Below are positions 13,744-21,373 of a stretch of 38,375 nucleotides of DNA, in pieces. Below the pieces are notes generated by a model. The model worked only from the letters and a program-made list of their open reading frames with translations, was not told the origin of the DNA and ran no database searches. Made by a program: the position numbers and the translations under genes. This DNA is from a virus. Location of the stretch: the IMG/VR virus record IMGVR_UViG_3300029130_000025; one strand, 5' to 3'. Position 1 is the first letter of the stretch, and each line of letters begins with the position of its first letter.

Positions 13744-13893
13744 ATGTCTGAAATTGAAAAGAAAATGGCAGAGACCATCAAGGAAGGACTGCCGAAGCTG
13801 AGCGAGTTTGACAAGGGCTATTTTTACCGGGCACTGGAGGAAGCCGCAAACCGTGACGAGAAGAAGGAAAAGGAGGAAAAGGACGATGACTGA
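13744..13893 (+). CDS. Hypothetical 49-aa acidic/lysine-rich protein
   Basis: RBS aaaggggga. Product MSEIEKKMAETIKEGLPKLSEFDKGYFYRALEEAANRDEKKEKEEKDDD. Not in the ORF track. Confidence 0.4.
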   Translation: MSEIEKKMAETIKEGLPKLSEFDKGYFYRALEEAANRDEKKEKEEKDDD

Positions 13894-14101
13894 CGCGGAA
13901 CTGCTTGAGGAAATCAAGGGGCTTGACAAGGCAAACCTGACACCGGCAGAGGCCGCACAGGTGATGCATTGTAGCCCGGATTTGATCCGAGTGGCAGCCA
14001 GGCAGAAGCCAGAACTGCTTCATTTCCCTGTTTCCGTTGTTGGGAACAGGACGAAGATACCGAGGATTCCTTTCCTCCGGGCTTACGGGGTGGACGTATG
14101 A
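13886..14101 (+). CDS. Excisionase/MerR-type HTH DNA-binding protein (Xis or Cro-like candidate)
   Basis: ATG 13886 is in frame with track ORF 13808. LTPAEAAQVMHCSPDLIRVAARQ...VGNRTKIPRIPFL is typical of the excisionase-family HTH. Confidence 0.55.
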   Translation: MTDAELLEEIKGLDKANLTPAEAAQVMHCSPDLIRVAARQKPELLHFPVSVVGNRTKIPRIPFLRAYGVDV

Positions 14102-14274
14102 ATGCACCCTGTAAGAATTGCCCGGAACGTCACACCCTGTGTCACAGTGACTGCTTGAAATACATAGCATTCCGAGAGGAGCGGGACAGAATCAACCGGG
14201 AGAAAGACCGTGATAACCGAGTATATCGGAATCATAAACGGTGGATACCACGGCACATAGATGGTGAGCAATAG
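14098..14274 (+). CDS. Small Cys-rich (zinc-finger-like) protein
   Basis: ATGA overlap with the previous gene. Product MNAPCKNCPERHTLCHSDCLKY... (58 aa). Confidence 0.4.
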   Translation: MNAPCKNCPERHTLCHSDCLKYIAFREERDRINREKDRDNRVYRNHKRWIPRHIDGEQ

Positions 14275-14288
14275 GAGGTAACGAGAAA

Positions 14289-14636
14289 ATGGAATACACA
14301 GATCTCCCGCACAACCATATTACATTCAGAAAGGAAATGACAACTATGGACAAGAAGCAGAAATACATCGTGAGATGTGACCGAAGTGGCATCTTCTACG
14401 GGGAGATCGCAGGCCGCAACGGGCAGGAGGTTCAGATGGAGAATGTCCGGTGCCTCTGGTACTGGAGCGGGGCGGCATCTCTGCTGGAGCTGGCAAAGAG
14501 CGGCGTTAAAAACACGGCAAGATGCAAATTCACGGTGAGTGTAGACAGCATCACGCTGCTCGACGCAATTGAGCTGCTGCCCTGCACGCCGGAAGCGGAG
14601 CGGAGCATTGATGGGGTGGAAGAATGGAAAGCTTGA
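14289..14636 (+). CDS. Conserved hypothetical phage protein
   Basis: RBS aggagg. YIVRCDRSGIFYGEI...VRCLWYWSGAASLLELAKSG is a motif I recall from many phage hypothetical proteins. Confidence 0.6.
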   Translation: MEYTDLPHNHITFRKEMTTMDKKQKYIVRCDRSGIFYGEIAGRNGQEVQMENVRCLWYWSGAASLLELAKSGVKNTARCKFTVSVDSITLLDAIELLPCTPEAERSIDGVEEWKA

Positions 14637-15382
14637 ATCTTTCTGACAAAATCGCCGAGTTCCTGAATCCCGGCAACGGCTACGGCGACGGCTACGGCTC
14701 CGGCTACGGCGACGGCTACGGCTCCGGCTACGGCTACGGCTCCGGCGACGGCTACGGCTCCGGCGACGGCTACGGCTACGGCGACGGCTACGGCTACGGC
14801 TACGGCTCCGGCTCCGGCTACGGCTCCGGCGACGGCTACGGCGACGGCGACGGCTACGGCTACGGCTACGGCTCCGGCTACGGCTCCGGCTACGGCAACG
14901 GCGACGGCCCAGACGTTTTTTGTGGAAAGAAGGTATTCCGCATTGATGGAATCAGAACAATCATGTCAGCCGTACACGGGAACGTTGCAGTTGGTGAAAT
15001 CCTGCACAGCGATTTCACCACCGAGAAAACATACATCGTAAAGCACGGTGCACTGTTTGCACACGGGAGAACCCTGCATGAAGCACGGGATGCGCTGCTG
15101 GAAAAGATGTTTGATGATATGCCGGAACCGGAGCGAATTGAGAAATTTGTAGATGCTCACAGCATCGATGGCACATACCCGAACATAGATTTCTTCAACT
15201 GGCATCACCGGTTGACCGGGAGCTGCGAGCAGGGCCGCAAGGCGTTCGCAATGGATCATGGAATCGACCTGAGCGGAAGCATGACGACCTCTGAATTTTT
15301 GGAACTGACCAAGGACGACTATGGCGGCGACATTATCAAGCGGGTGATCGAGACATATAAGAATGGCAACAAGGAGGTGTGA
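14624..15382 (+). CDS. Protein with a ~75-aa (G-Y-G-D/S)n low-complexity region plus a conserved phage C-terminal domain
   Basis: GNGYGDGYGSGYGDGYGSGYGYGSGDGYG...GYGNGDG is followed by a globular part (...FAHGRTLHEARDAL...WHHRLTGSCEQGRKAF...). Confidence 0.7.
   Translation: MESLNLSDKIAEFLNPGNGYGDGYGSGYGDGYGSGYGYGSGDGYGSGDGYGYGDGYGYGYGSGSGYGSGDGYGDGDGYGYGYGSGYGSGYGNGDGPDVFCGKKVFRIDGIRTIMSAVHGNVAVGEILHSDFTTEKTYIVKHGALFAHGRTLHEARDALLEKMFDDMPEPERIEKFVDAHSIDGTYPNIDFFNWHHRLTGSCEQGRKAFAMDHGIDLSGSMTTSEFLELTKDDYGGDIIKRVIETYKNGNKEV
14672..14908 (+). repeat. In-frame tandem ggctacggc(gac/tcc) repeats
   Basis: Visible perfect and near-perfect 9- to 15-nt units across about 235 nt, encoding the Gly-Tyr repeat. 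Confidence 0.9.
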
Positions 15383-15384
15383 AC

Positions 15385-15627
15385 ATGGCAAACAGTGTAA
15401 AGCTCAAAACTCGGTATGAAAGGCCGAGCTGCGTAGTGCACATCAACCCGGAAGCGGTGAAGGTGCTGGACAAACTGGAAAAGGTCACCGGGCAGCCACG
15501 TTCTTATCTTGCAAGCCAGCTTATTATTCAGGGCAGTCAGTTCATTGAGTTCTGCCCTGAGGAATGCGACGGCTGCGAGTTCAGGGAGCGGTGTGACAAG
15601 ATCAGCTATGAGAGGAGAAATTCATAA
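15385..15627 (+). CDS. Hypothetical protein (possible ribbon-helix-helix; Cys cluster at the C-terminus)
   Basis: ATG 15385 lies 7 nt after aaggagg. Product ...VLDKLEKVTGQPRSYLASQLII...CPEECDGCEFRERC. Confidence 0.5.
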   Translation: MANSVKLKTRYERPSCVVHINPEAVKVLDKLEKVTGQPRSYLASQLIIQGSQFIEFCPEECDGCEFRERCDKISYERRNS

Positions 15628-15983
15628 TGGCAACAGCATCTGAGCTGCTGATAGAGCTTGGCGTCAATGTCAGCTCCAAGGGAGGCCGGCAGTTGACACG
15701 CTGCGTGGAGCTTGCTGCCGATGACCCGACGCTGACGGACTCCATTGTAAAGGTACTATACCCAATGGTTGCAGATGCCTCCGGAACATCCGCCAAGGCA
15801 ACGGAGCGAATTATCATCCGGGAGCTGCGACTGGTCACTGGGTATCCAAGCTGGGGCGACAGGCTTGCATCGTTTGAGTCCCGGCATGGATGCAAAGGCC
15901 TATTCTCAGGCTACGAACATCAGACGTTAAAGCCGTTCATCCAGAAAGTCGCCTACATATTAAACAAGGAGAGACCGAGATGA
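15627..15983 (+). CDS. Spo0A C-terminal (DNA-binding effector) domain-like protein without a receiver domain
   Basis: ELGVNVSSKGGRQL...IVKVLYPMVADASGTSAKATERIIIRELR...LFSGYEHQTLKPFIQKVAYIL aligns by eye with B. subtilis Spo0A-C (EIGVPAHIKGYLYL...[29 protein letters not shown]...LFGYT...KPTNSEFIAMVADKL). Confidence 0.65.
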   Translation: MATASELLIELGVNVSSKGGRQLTRCVELAADDPTLTDSIVKVLYPMVADASGTSAKATERIIIRELRLVTGYPSWGDRLASFESRHGCKGLFSGYEHQTLKPFIQKVAYILNKERPR

Positions 15984-16336
15984 AGTTCCACATAGAGTCC
16001 AACACGCTGGTGCTCAGCAACGTTGGAGAATACTATGACGCAATTGCCGCAACCGGGCAGTTCAAGTGGAACAGGCGGACAAAGACGCTGGAAAGCCCGG
16101 TCACTGCGGAAAGCCTGACAGCGCTGCGGGATGCCGTTGGTCGGCTTCCGGAGCTGCTGGCCATGACGCTGCAGGATCTGCAAAAAAAAGATGTCCTGCT
16201 GCAAGAGCAGAGGGAAAGTCTGGACAAAGATCCAAAGCCACTGTTTCACTACCCGGTAAAGGCAAACCTTATGCGGCACCAGATCGCCGGGGCAAACATG
16301 GCAATGATCGTATTCGGAGAAACAGGAGGATTATAA
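15980..16336 (+). CDS. Hypothetical protein
   Basis: ATGA overlap with the previous gene (ATG 15980, in frame with track ORF 15890). 118 aa. Confidence 0.5.
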   Translation: MKFHIESNTLVLSNVGEYYDAIAATGQFKWNRRTKTLESPVTAESLTALRDAVGRLPELLAMTLQDLQKKDVLLQEQRESLDKDPKPLFHYPVKANLMRHQIAGANMAMIVFGETGGL

Positions 16337-16338
16337 TC

Positions 16339-16701
16339 ATGAGAATCGAGACGCCAATTGACCGGGCACAGAACCGGAGCAGAAGAGCTGCACTGCTGCT
16401 GGAACGGCAGGAAGCGGCGAAGAAGGAAAACGAGGGGATCCTAGGAAATCCCGAGGCATGGAACCTGGCATTTGAGCGGGCGCTTGCCCAGCGTAATCAG
16501 GAGCTTGCCGACCAGCAGGATGCGGTGGTGATCCCGGCGGAGATCATCAAGCGCACGGGGACAGAAGAAGTGCCGACGGACGGAAAGTTGGAACGGCGGA
16601 TCAGCAGAGAACTGGCAAGGTTTCTGAACGGCATGAGCCTCGGGGCCGTTTCGGCGGCGGTGATCCTGTGGGCCATCATGATTGCGGCGGGGGTGTTGTG
16701 A
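16339..16701 (+). CDS. Hypothetical tail-anchored membrane protein
   Basis: ATG 16339 after aggagga. Coiled/charged N-terminus and a C-terminal TM segment (LGAVSAAVILWAIMIAAGVL). Confidence 0.5.
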   Translation: MRIETPIDRAQNRSRRAALLLERQEAAKKENEGILGNPEAWNLAFERALAQRNQELADQQDAVVIPAEIIKRTGTEEVPTDGKLERRISRELARFLNGMSLGAVSAAVILWAIMIAAGVL

Positions 16702-17352
16702 TTGCAGGTACTGGTTGCGTGCGAGGAATCCCAAGCCGTATGCAAGGCGTTCCGGGAGCGCGGACACGAAGCGTACTCCTGCGATATACAGGAGCCAAGT
16801 GGCGGACACCCTGAGTGGCACATCTTGGGGGATGCGCTGGAAGCCATGAGGGGGGAACAGATAACCACCATGGACGGACAGACACATGATATCCCCGGAT
16901 GGGATTTGATGATAGCGCATCCACCGTGTACATATCTCAGCAATGCTGGAGCTCGGCACTTGTGGAAAGGGCACCAGCTACAAGCTGATCGGGTGATACA
17001 GGGAATCAAGGCGCGCGATTTCTTCATGGCGTTTTACAACTCTAATATTCCCAAGGTGGCGATTGAAAATCCAGTCCCCAGCAAGGTGTTTGCAATGCCA
17101 GCATATACGCAAACCGTCCAGCCGTGGCAATTCGGACACCCGTACACAAAAAGGACGTGCTTATGGCTTAAAGGGCTGCCCCCGTTGGTTCCAACGGATA
17201 TTGTAGAGCCAAAAGCCACATGGTGCCCGAGCGGAAGCTATAGCCATAAACACGGAGCAGAGCACAGGGGAATGTTTACAACGGACCGTGCGAAGAACAG
17301 AAGTAAATCATTTCCCGGGATCGCCAGGGCGATGGCGGAACAGTGGGGATAG
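16702..17352 (+). CDS. DNA cytosine-C5 methyltransferase-like protein (short phage family)
   Basis: VLVACEESQAVCKAFRERGHEAYSCD...WDLMIAHPPCTYLSNAG...VAIENPV...QPWQFGHPYTKRTCLWLKGLPPL...FPGIARAMAEQWG. The PPC and ENP motifs are arranged as in the phage Dcm-like family. Confidence 0.65.
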   Translation: MQVLVACEESQAVCKAFRERGHEAYSCDIQEPSGGHPEWHILGDALEAMRGEQITTMDGQTHDIPGWDLMIAHPPCTYLSNAGARHLWKGHQLQADRVIQGIKARDFFMAFYNSNIPKVAIENPVPSKVFAMPAYTQTVQPWQFGHPYTKRTCLWLKGLPPLVPTDIVEPKATWCPSGSYSHKHGAEHRGMFTTDRAKNRSKSFPGIARAMAEQWG

Positions 17353-17462
17353 AAAAGCCGCCTTCGGGGCGGAATCCCGACGGCGGCAAATGCTGGGGTA
17401 AGCTTACATGGACATTGTAAGGTATATCCCTTAATTTGTCAATCTTTTTAGGAGGTGTTTCT
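17353..17462 (+). promoter_or_regulatory. Intergenic cassette A: GC hairpin + TAAGCTTAC + TTGTAA-17-GTCAAT + RBS (paralogous to 18590..18706)
   Basis: gccgcc...ggcggcaaatgc at 17357..17394. taagcttac at 17399..17407. ttgtaa at 17415..17420. gtcaat at 17438..17443. The 12-mer aatttgtcaatc is shared with cassette B. Confidence 0.55.
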
Positions 17463-17837
17463 ATGGAAAATGATTTGAGAACGTCCCTGATCGACATGGC
17501 CAACGGCGGCTTCAAGGAAGTAATCGACTATGAAGTCAACAAGGTCATGGATAACATCTGGGATGTCAACACAAAGGCCACTGCAAAGCGGAAAGTCACT
17601 GTTACCATGGAGTTTATCCCAGATGACAGCAGAGCCAATATTCGAGTGGCTACTACGGTGAAAACGGCACTGGCTACGGTGAATCCTGTCACTACCACCT
17701 TGTACATTGCTGGCGAAGATCACACCGGTGAGCTTCGGGTCGTCGAAATGACGCCGCAGGTGCCCGGGCAGGTCGATATAAACGGAATTGAGCAGACGGC
17801 AGCGCCGGTGCTGAAGCTGATCGGCGCTGCGGTATAA
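17463..17837 (+). CDS. Hypothetical early protein
   Basis: ATG 17463 after aggagg. 124 aa. Confidence 0.55.
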   Translation: MENDLRTSLIDMANGGFKEVIDYEVNKVMDNIWDVNTKATAKRKVTVTMEFIPDDSRANIRVATTVKTALATVNPVTTTLYIAGEDHTGELRVVEMTPQVPGQVDINGIEQTAAPVLKLIGAAV

Positions 17838-17857
17838 GTCAAAAGGAGGACAAGTTT

Positions 17858-18589
17858 ATGTTAAAAGAAGCTATTGAAAAAATCGCCGATCTGGCAACGC
17901 CGAGACTGGAGAGCGTAGAGAAACGCACCTACATGATTGGGCCCAATGGAGCTGAAGAACTCCGCCCGGAGCTGGACCGAATCGTCACTATCACGCTGAA
18001 CAGCCTGGACGCCCTGGTGAAGATGGTGAAAAAGGAGCTGGACAAGACCTATGCTGGCCCACTGTTCATCCAGATCCCCAGCCATATGAAGGTGATCGCA
18101 TTCACTATGCCTGACCTCACCGCAAGATGCCTCCGGATCATGCCCTATGAGGTAAAGGCCACGGACGTACCCGGCTGGGAAGCTGAAACGCTGATGGGTT
18201 TTGAAGAAGCCATGATCGCGCTGCGAGCACGGTTTCAGGAGACTGAGGATACAACATATGCGCTGAAGCTTCTAAGCGATATTACCACCGGAAGCAAGGT
18301 CACATACAACGACAACGGAATCGCTACCTCTGTGGTGACCCAGAGCGGTGTGGCGCTTCAGCGGAATGCCAACATTCGGCCCATTATCAATCTGCGCCCG
18401 TACCGCACATTTCAGGAGGTCGAACAGCCGGAAAGCCGTTTTCTGATCCGTGTGACGGAGCGTGGCATTAAGTTTGTAGAGGCTGACGGCGGCATGTGGA
18501 AGCTTGCAGCCCGTCAGGCGATTAAGGATTGGCTGGAGGATAAGCTTGCTTCCGAAGCTGGGAGCGGAAAGGTGATTATCTCCCTTTAA
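17858..18589 (+). CDS. Hypothetical early protein (possibly DUF2303/YfdQ-like; weak recollection)
   Basis: 243-aa ORF with RBS aaaggagga. Confidence 0.5.
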   Translation: MLKEAIEKIADLATPRLESVEKRTYMIGPNGAEELRPELDRIVTITLNSLDALVKMVKKELDKTYAGPLFIQIPSHMKVIAFTMPDLTARCLRIMPYEVKATDVPGWEAETLMGFEEAMIALRARFQETEDTTYALKLLSDITTGSKVTYNDNGIATSVVTQSGVALQRNANIRPIINLRPYRTFQEVEQPESRFLIRVTERGIKFVEADGGMWKLAARQAIKDWLEDKLASEAGSGKVIISL

Positions 18590-18706
18590 TCAAAAACGCC
18601 GCCTCCGGTTGCACCCGGAGGCGGCAATGCAGGGATAAACATAAGCTTACGGTTTGATTGTAGCGCTTATACATCAATTTGTCAATCAAAATCAGGAGGA
18701 ACCAAT
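18590..18706 (+). promoter_or_regulatory. Intergenic cassette B: GC hairpin + TAAGCTTAC + TTGTAG-17-GTCAAT + RBS
   Basis: gccgcctccgg/ccggaggcggc at 18598..18625, then caatgc. taagcttac at 18642..18650. ttgtag at 18658..18663. gtcaat at 18681..18686. Confidence 0.55.
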
Positions 18707-19366
18707 ATGAAAAAATATGAGCTTACATCTGAAACTAAAATGGTGTGCGGAATCACGCTGCACCGAATCCGTGCGCTGATTGATATTAAGCGTTGGGACG
18801 TAAAATCCGGAGATATGGGAGGCTGGATCGAAAGTGAAGCCAACCTGGATCAGGAGCATGATGCGTGGGTGTCCGACGAGGCGTTGGTGTACGGCAAGGC
18901 GCGGGTGTCCGACGAGGCGTTGGTGTACGACGAGGCGTGGGTGTTCGACAAGGCGTTGGTGTCCGGCAAGGCGTTGGTGTCCGGCAAGGCGCGGGTGTTC
19001 GACGAGGCGTTGGTGTCCGGCGATGCCCGGGTGTCCGGCAAGGCGTGGGTGTACGGCAAGGCCCGGGTGTACGGCAAGGCGTTGGTGTCCGGCGATGCCC
19101 GGGTGTCCGACGAGGCGCGGGTGTACAAAACAGCCCATGTATTGACTGTCGGACCGATCGGCAGCCGTGATGATACGACCACATTCTTCCGCGTAAAGTT
19201 TTCGGATGGCTTTACTATCTCCGTTTGCTGCGGATGTTTCCATGGCACGGTGGATGAGTTCCGCGCGAAGGTCAAGCAGACCCACGGTGACGATAAACAC
19301 GGTAAGGCATATCAGCTTGCCGCAGACCTTGCAGAGGCTCAGATTGAGCTCGGGGAGGAAGGATAA
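18707..19366 (+). CDS. Beta-helix (hexapeptide-like) repeat protein
   Basis: About 15 consecutive 6-aa units (AWVSDE ALVYGK ARVSDE ALVYDE AWVFDK ALVSGK ...), flanked by non-repetitive N- and C-terminal domains. Confidence 0.7.
   Translation: MKKYELTSETKMVCGITLHRIRALIDIKRWDVKSGDMGGWIESEANLDQEHDAWVSDEALVYGKARVSDEALVYDEAWVFDKALVSGKALVSGKARVFDEALVSGDARVSGKAWVYGKARVYGKALVSGDARVSDEARVYKTAHVLTVGPIGSRDDTTTFFRVKFSDGFTISVCCGCFHGTVDEFRAKVKQTHGDDKHGKAYQLAADLAEAQIELGEEG
18860..19126 (+). repeat. In-frame 18-nt tandem repeats encoding the hexapeptide units
   Basis: Units are variants of g(c/a)(g/t)(t/c)gggtgt(c/a)cg(a/g)c(g/a)a(g/t)gc. These repeats explain the stack of six-frame ORFs at 18786..19275. 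Confidence 0.85.
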
Positions 19367-19593
19367 TGTTTCGATATTATTCTGCCGACCCCATTGCGGA
19401 CTTTAACCGTTGGGACAAGAAAAACACCGATTGGCTGAACAGCCGCCCACGGTGCTATGCGTGTGGGGAGGCGATCACATCAGATTTTGCGTACCGCTGG
19501 GATGATGCATGGTACTGCAAGACGTGCAAGGATGATCTGGCAGAGAATATTCTGCAAGAGATCTATCAGCCGCTGCCGGAGGTGCCCGTATGA
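19366..19593 (+). CDS. Small zinc-finger protein
   Basis: CYACGE...CKTCKD (CxxC...CxxC). 75 aa, with overlapping starts and stops. Confidence 0.5.
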   Translation: MFRYYSADPIADFNRWDKKNTDWLNSRPRCYACGEAITSDFAYRWDDAWYCKTCKDDLAENILQEIYQPLPEVPV

Positions 19594-20564
19594 TTACTAA
19601 AATCAAGACCAGTGACATGAGCCGTTCCGCTTGGCTTGCAGAGCGTCGGAAGTCCATTGGCGGCTCTGAGGTGGGGGCTATACTCGGGCTAAACAAATAT
19701 GCATCGGCTTATTCCGTCTGGGCCAACAAAACCGGCCAGGTGCCTGACATAGAGCCAAATGAGGCAATGCGCCAGGGCACCGACCTGGAGGACTATGTTG
19801 CCCACCGCTTTGCGGAGCTGTCCGGATGGAAGGTTGCACGGGAAAACTACATCCTACGCAACAGTGACTACCCCCATCTTCACGCCAACATTGACCGGCG
19901 AGTTATCGGGTTTAGAGCTGGACTGGAGTGTAAAACAGCATCTGCATATAGTGCAAGCCGCTTTGTTGACGGCAATTTTCCCGAAAGCTACTATGCGCAG
20001 TGTGTGACCTATATGGCAATCACCGGGTATCCATACTGGTACTTGGCCGTGGTGGTACTCGGGAAAGAATTCAAGGTATTCCAGCTTACCACTGTGTCGG
20101 ATGCCGCTACACCTGAATGGTGTGAGGGCTCTACATACGTCAGTCCAGCGGAATTCGTCGCAATCCGGGATGCTGCGGCTGAGTTCTGGCATTACATCGA
20201 GACGGATACTGAGCCTCCCGCAGATAGCGGAGCGGGAACGGCAGAAGCCTTGCTGGCAGTACACCCCCATTCCGATGGTACCACCATTGACCTATTCGGC
20301 TGTGACCGTCTCGTTGAGGATTACCTGTCTGCAAAAGAGCGCTCCAAAGCAGCTGCGCAGGAAGCCGATGCAATCGCCAATCAGCTCAAGCGGCGGCTTG
20401 GAGATGCAGAGTGCGGTACCTGTTCCGACTTTGCTGTAAGCTGGAAAAGCCAGAGCCGCCGGAGTCTGGATACCAAACAGCTTCAGGCGGCACACCCTGA
20501 ATTAAATCTGAGTGACTACTACCATACCACCGAATATAGAAAATTTGAGGTAAAGGAGATTTGA
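19590..20564 (+). CDS. YqaJ-type recombination exonuclease (lambda Exo-like PD-(D/E)XK)
   Basis: RSAWLAERRKSIGGSEVGAILGLNKYASAYSVWANKTG is the classic YqaJ N-terminus. It is followed by RecT. Confidence 0.85.
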   Translation: MITKIKTSDMSRSAWLAERRKSIGGSEVGAILGLNKYASAYSVWANKTGQVPDIEPNEAMRQGTDLEDYVAHRFAELSGWKVARENYILRNSDYPHLHANIDRRVIGFRAGLECKTASAYSASRFVDGNFPESYYAQCVTYMAITGYPYWYLAVVVLGKEFKVFQLTTVSDAATPEWCEGSTYVSPAEFVAIRDAAAEFWHYIETDTEPPADSGAGTAEALLAVHPHSDGTTIDLFGCDRLVEDYLSAKERSKAAAQEADAIANQLKRRLGDAECGTCSDFAVSWKSQSRRSLDTKQLQAAHPELNLSDYYHTTEYRKFEVKEI

Positions 20565-20566
20565 AT

Positions 20567-21373
20567 ATGAACGAAGGTATTATTTCTAAGGCCCAGGAGC
20601 AAAAGGCCGTTGCCGCAAGTAAACAGCCCAAGGGCATCCGCTCCTTGATTAAGAGCATGGAGGGAGAAATCGCTAAAGCGCTCCCCTCTGTCATTACGCC
20701 GGAACGTTTCACCCGGATTACGCTTTCCGCGCTTAGCACCAACCCAAAGCTGTCAGAATGCAGCGCGAACAGCTTCCTCGGTGCTATGATGACTGCCGCC
20801 CAGCTTGGCGTTGAGCCTAACACACCCCTTGGACAGGCTTACCTCATTCCCTACCGCAATCACGGACGACTGGAATGCCAGTTCCAGTTGGGCTACAAGG
20901 GCTTGATTGATTTGGCCTATCGTTCTGGCGAAGTCAAGATGATTCAGGCCCACACCGTCTACGAAAACGACGATTTTACCTATGAGTTGGGCCTGGAACC
21001 TAAACTGCATCACATTCCTGCAAAATCTGATCGCGGTGCCCCTATCTTTTTCTATGCCGTATTCCATACCAAAGACGACGGATACGGATTCGAAGTTATG
21101 TCCATTGAGGATGTACAAACTCACGCGCAGAAATATTCCAAGTCCTACGGAAATGGGCCTTGGCAGACCAATTTTGAGGAAATGGCAAAAAAGACTGTCC
21201 TTAAACGTGTGCTCAAATACGCCCCGCTGAAATCCGATTTTGTCAGAGCCATCAGCACCGACGAAACCATCAAGGACACCATTTCGGACGATATGTTCGC
21301 CGAGCCTGACGTAACGATCGTGGATTCCGAGACGGGCGAGGTTGTAGCCGCTTCTGAGGGCGGTGAAACCTGA
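20567..21373 (+). CDS. recT: RecT-family single-strand annealing protein
   Basis: ATG 20567 lies 8 nt after aaaggag. RFTRITLSALSTNPKLSECSANSFLGAMMTAAQLGVEPNTPLGQAYLIPY...FQLGYKGLIDLAYRSG. Confidence 0.9.
   Translation: MNEGIISKAQEQKAVAASKQPKGIRSLIKSMEGEIAKALPSVITPERFTRITLSALSTNPKLSECSANSFLGAMMTAAQLGVEPNTPLGQAYLIPYRNHGRLECQFQLGYKGLIDLAYRSGEVKMIQAHTVYENDDFTYELGLEPKLHHIPAKSDRGAPIFFYAVFHTKDDGYGFEVMSIEDVQTHAQKYSKSYGNGPWQTNFEEMAKKTVLKRVLKYAPLKSDFVRAISTDETIKDTISDDMFAEPDVTIVDSETGEVVAASEGGET

Noticed and set aside
15980-16336. Possible truncated SNF2/DEAD helicase N-terminus (…HYPVKANLMRHQIAGANMAM…), i.e. a pseudogene.
   Set aside because: The resemblance rests on a short LxxHQ-like motif. There is no Walker A remnant in any downstream frame, and the next ORF has its own RBS and an unrelated sequence. 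The evidence is insufficient, so I list it as hypothetical.
18786-19300. A stack of five overlapping ORFs in other frames and on the other strand (Arg/Pro/Thr-rich) across the beta-helix gene.
   Set aside because: They are artefacts of the 18-nt tandem repeat, which keeps all frames open. Only the 18707..19366 frame has an RBS, non-repetitive flanking domains and a sensible hexapeptide pattern.
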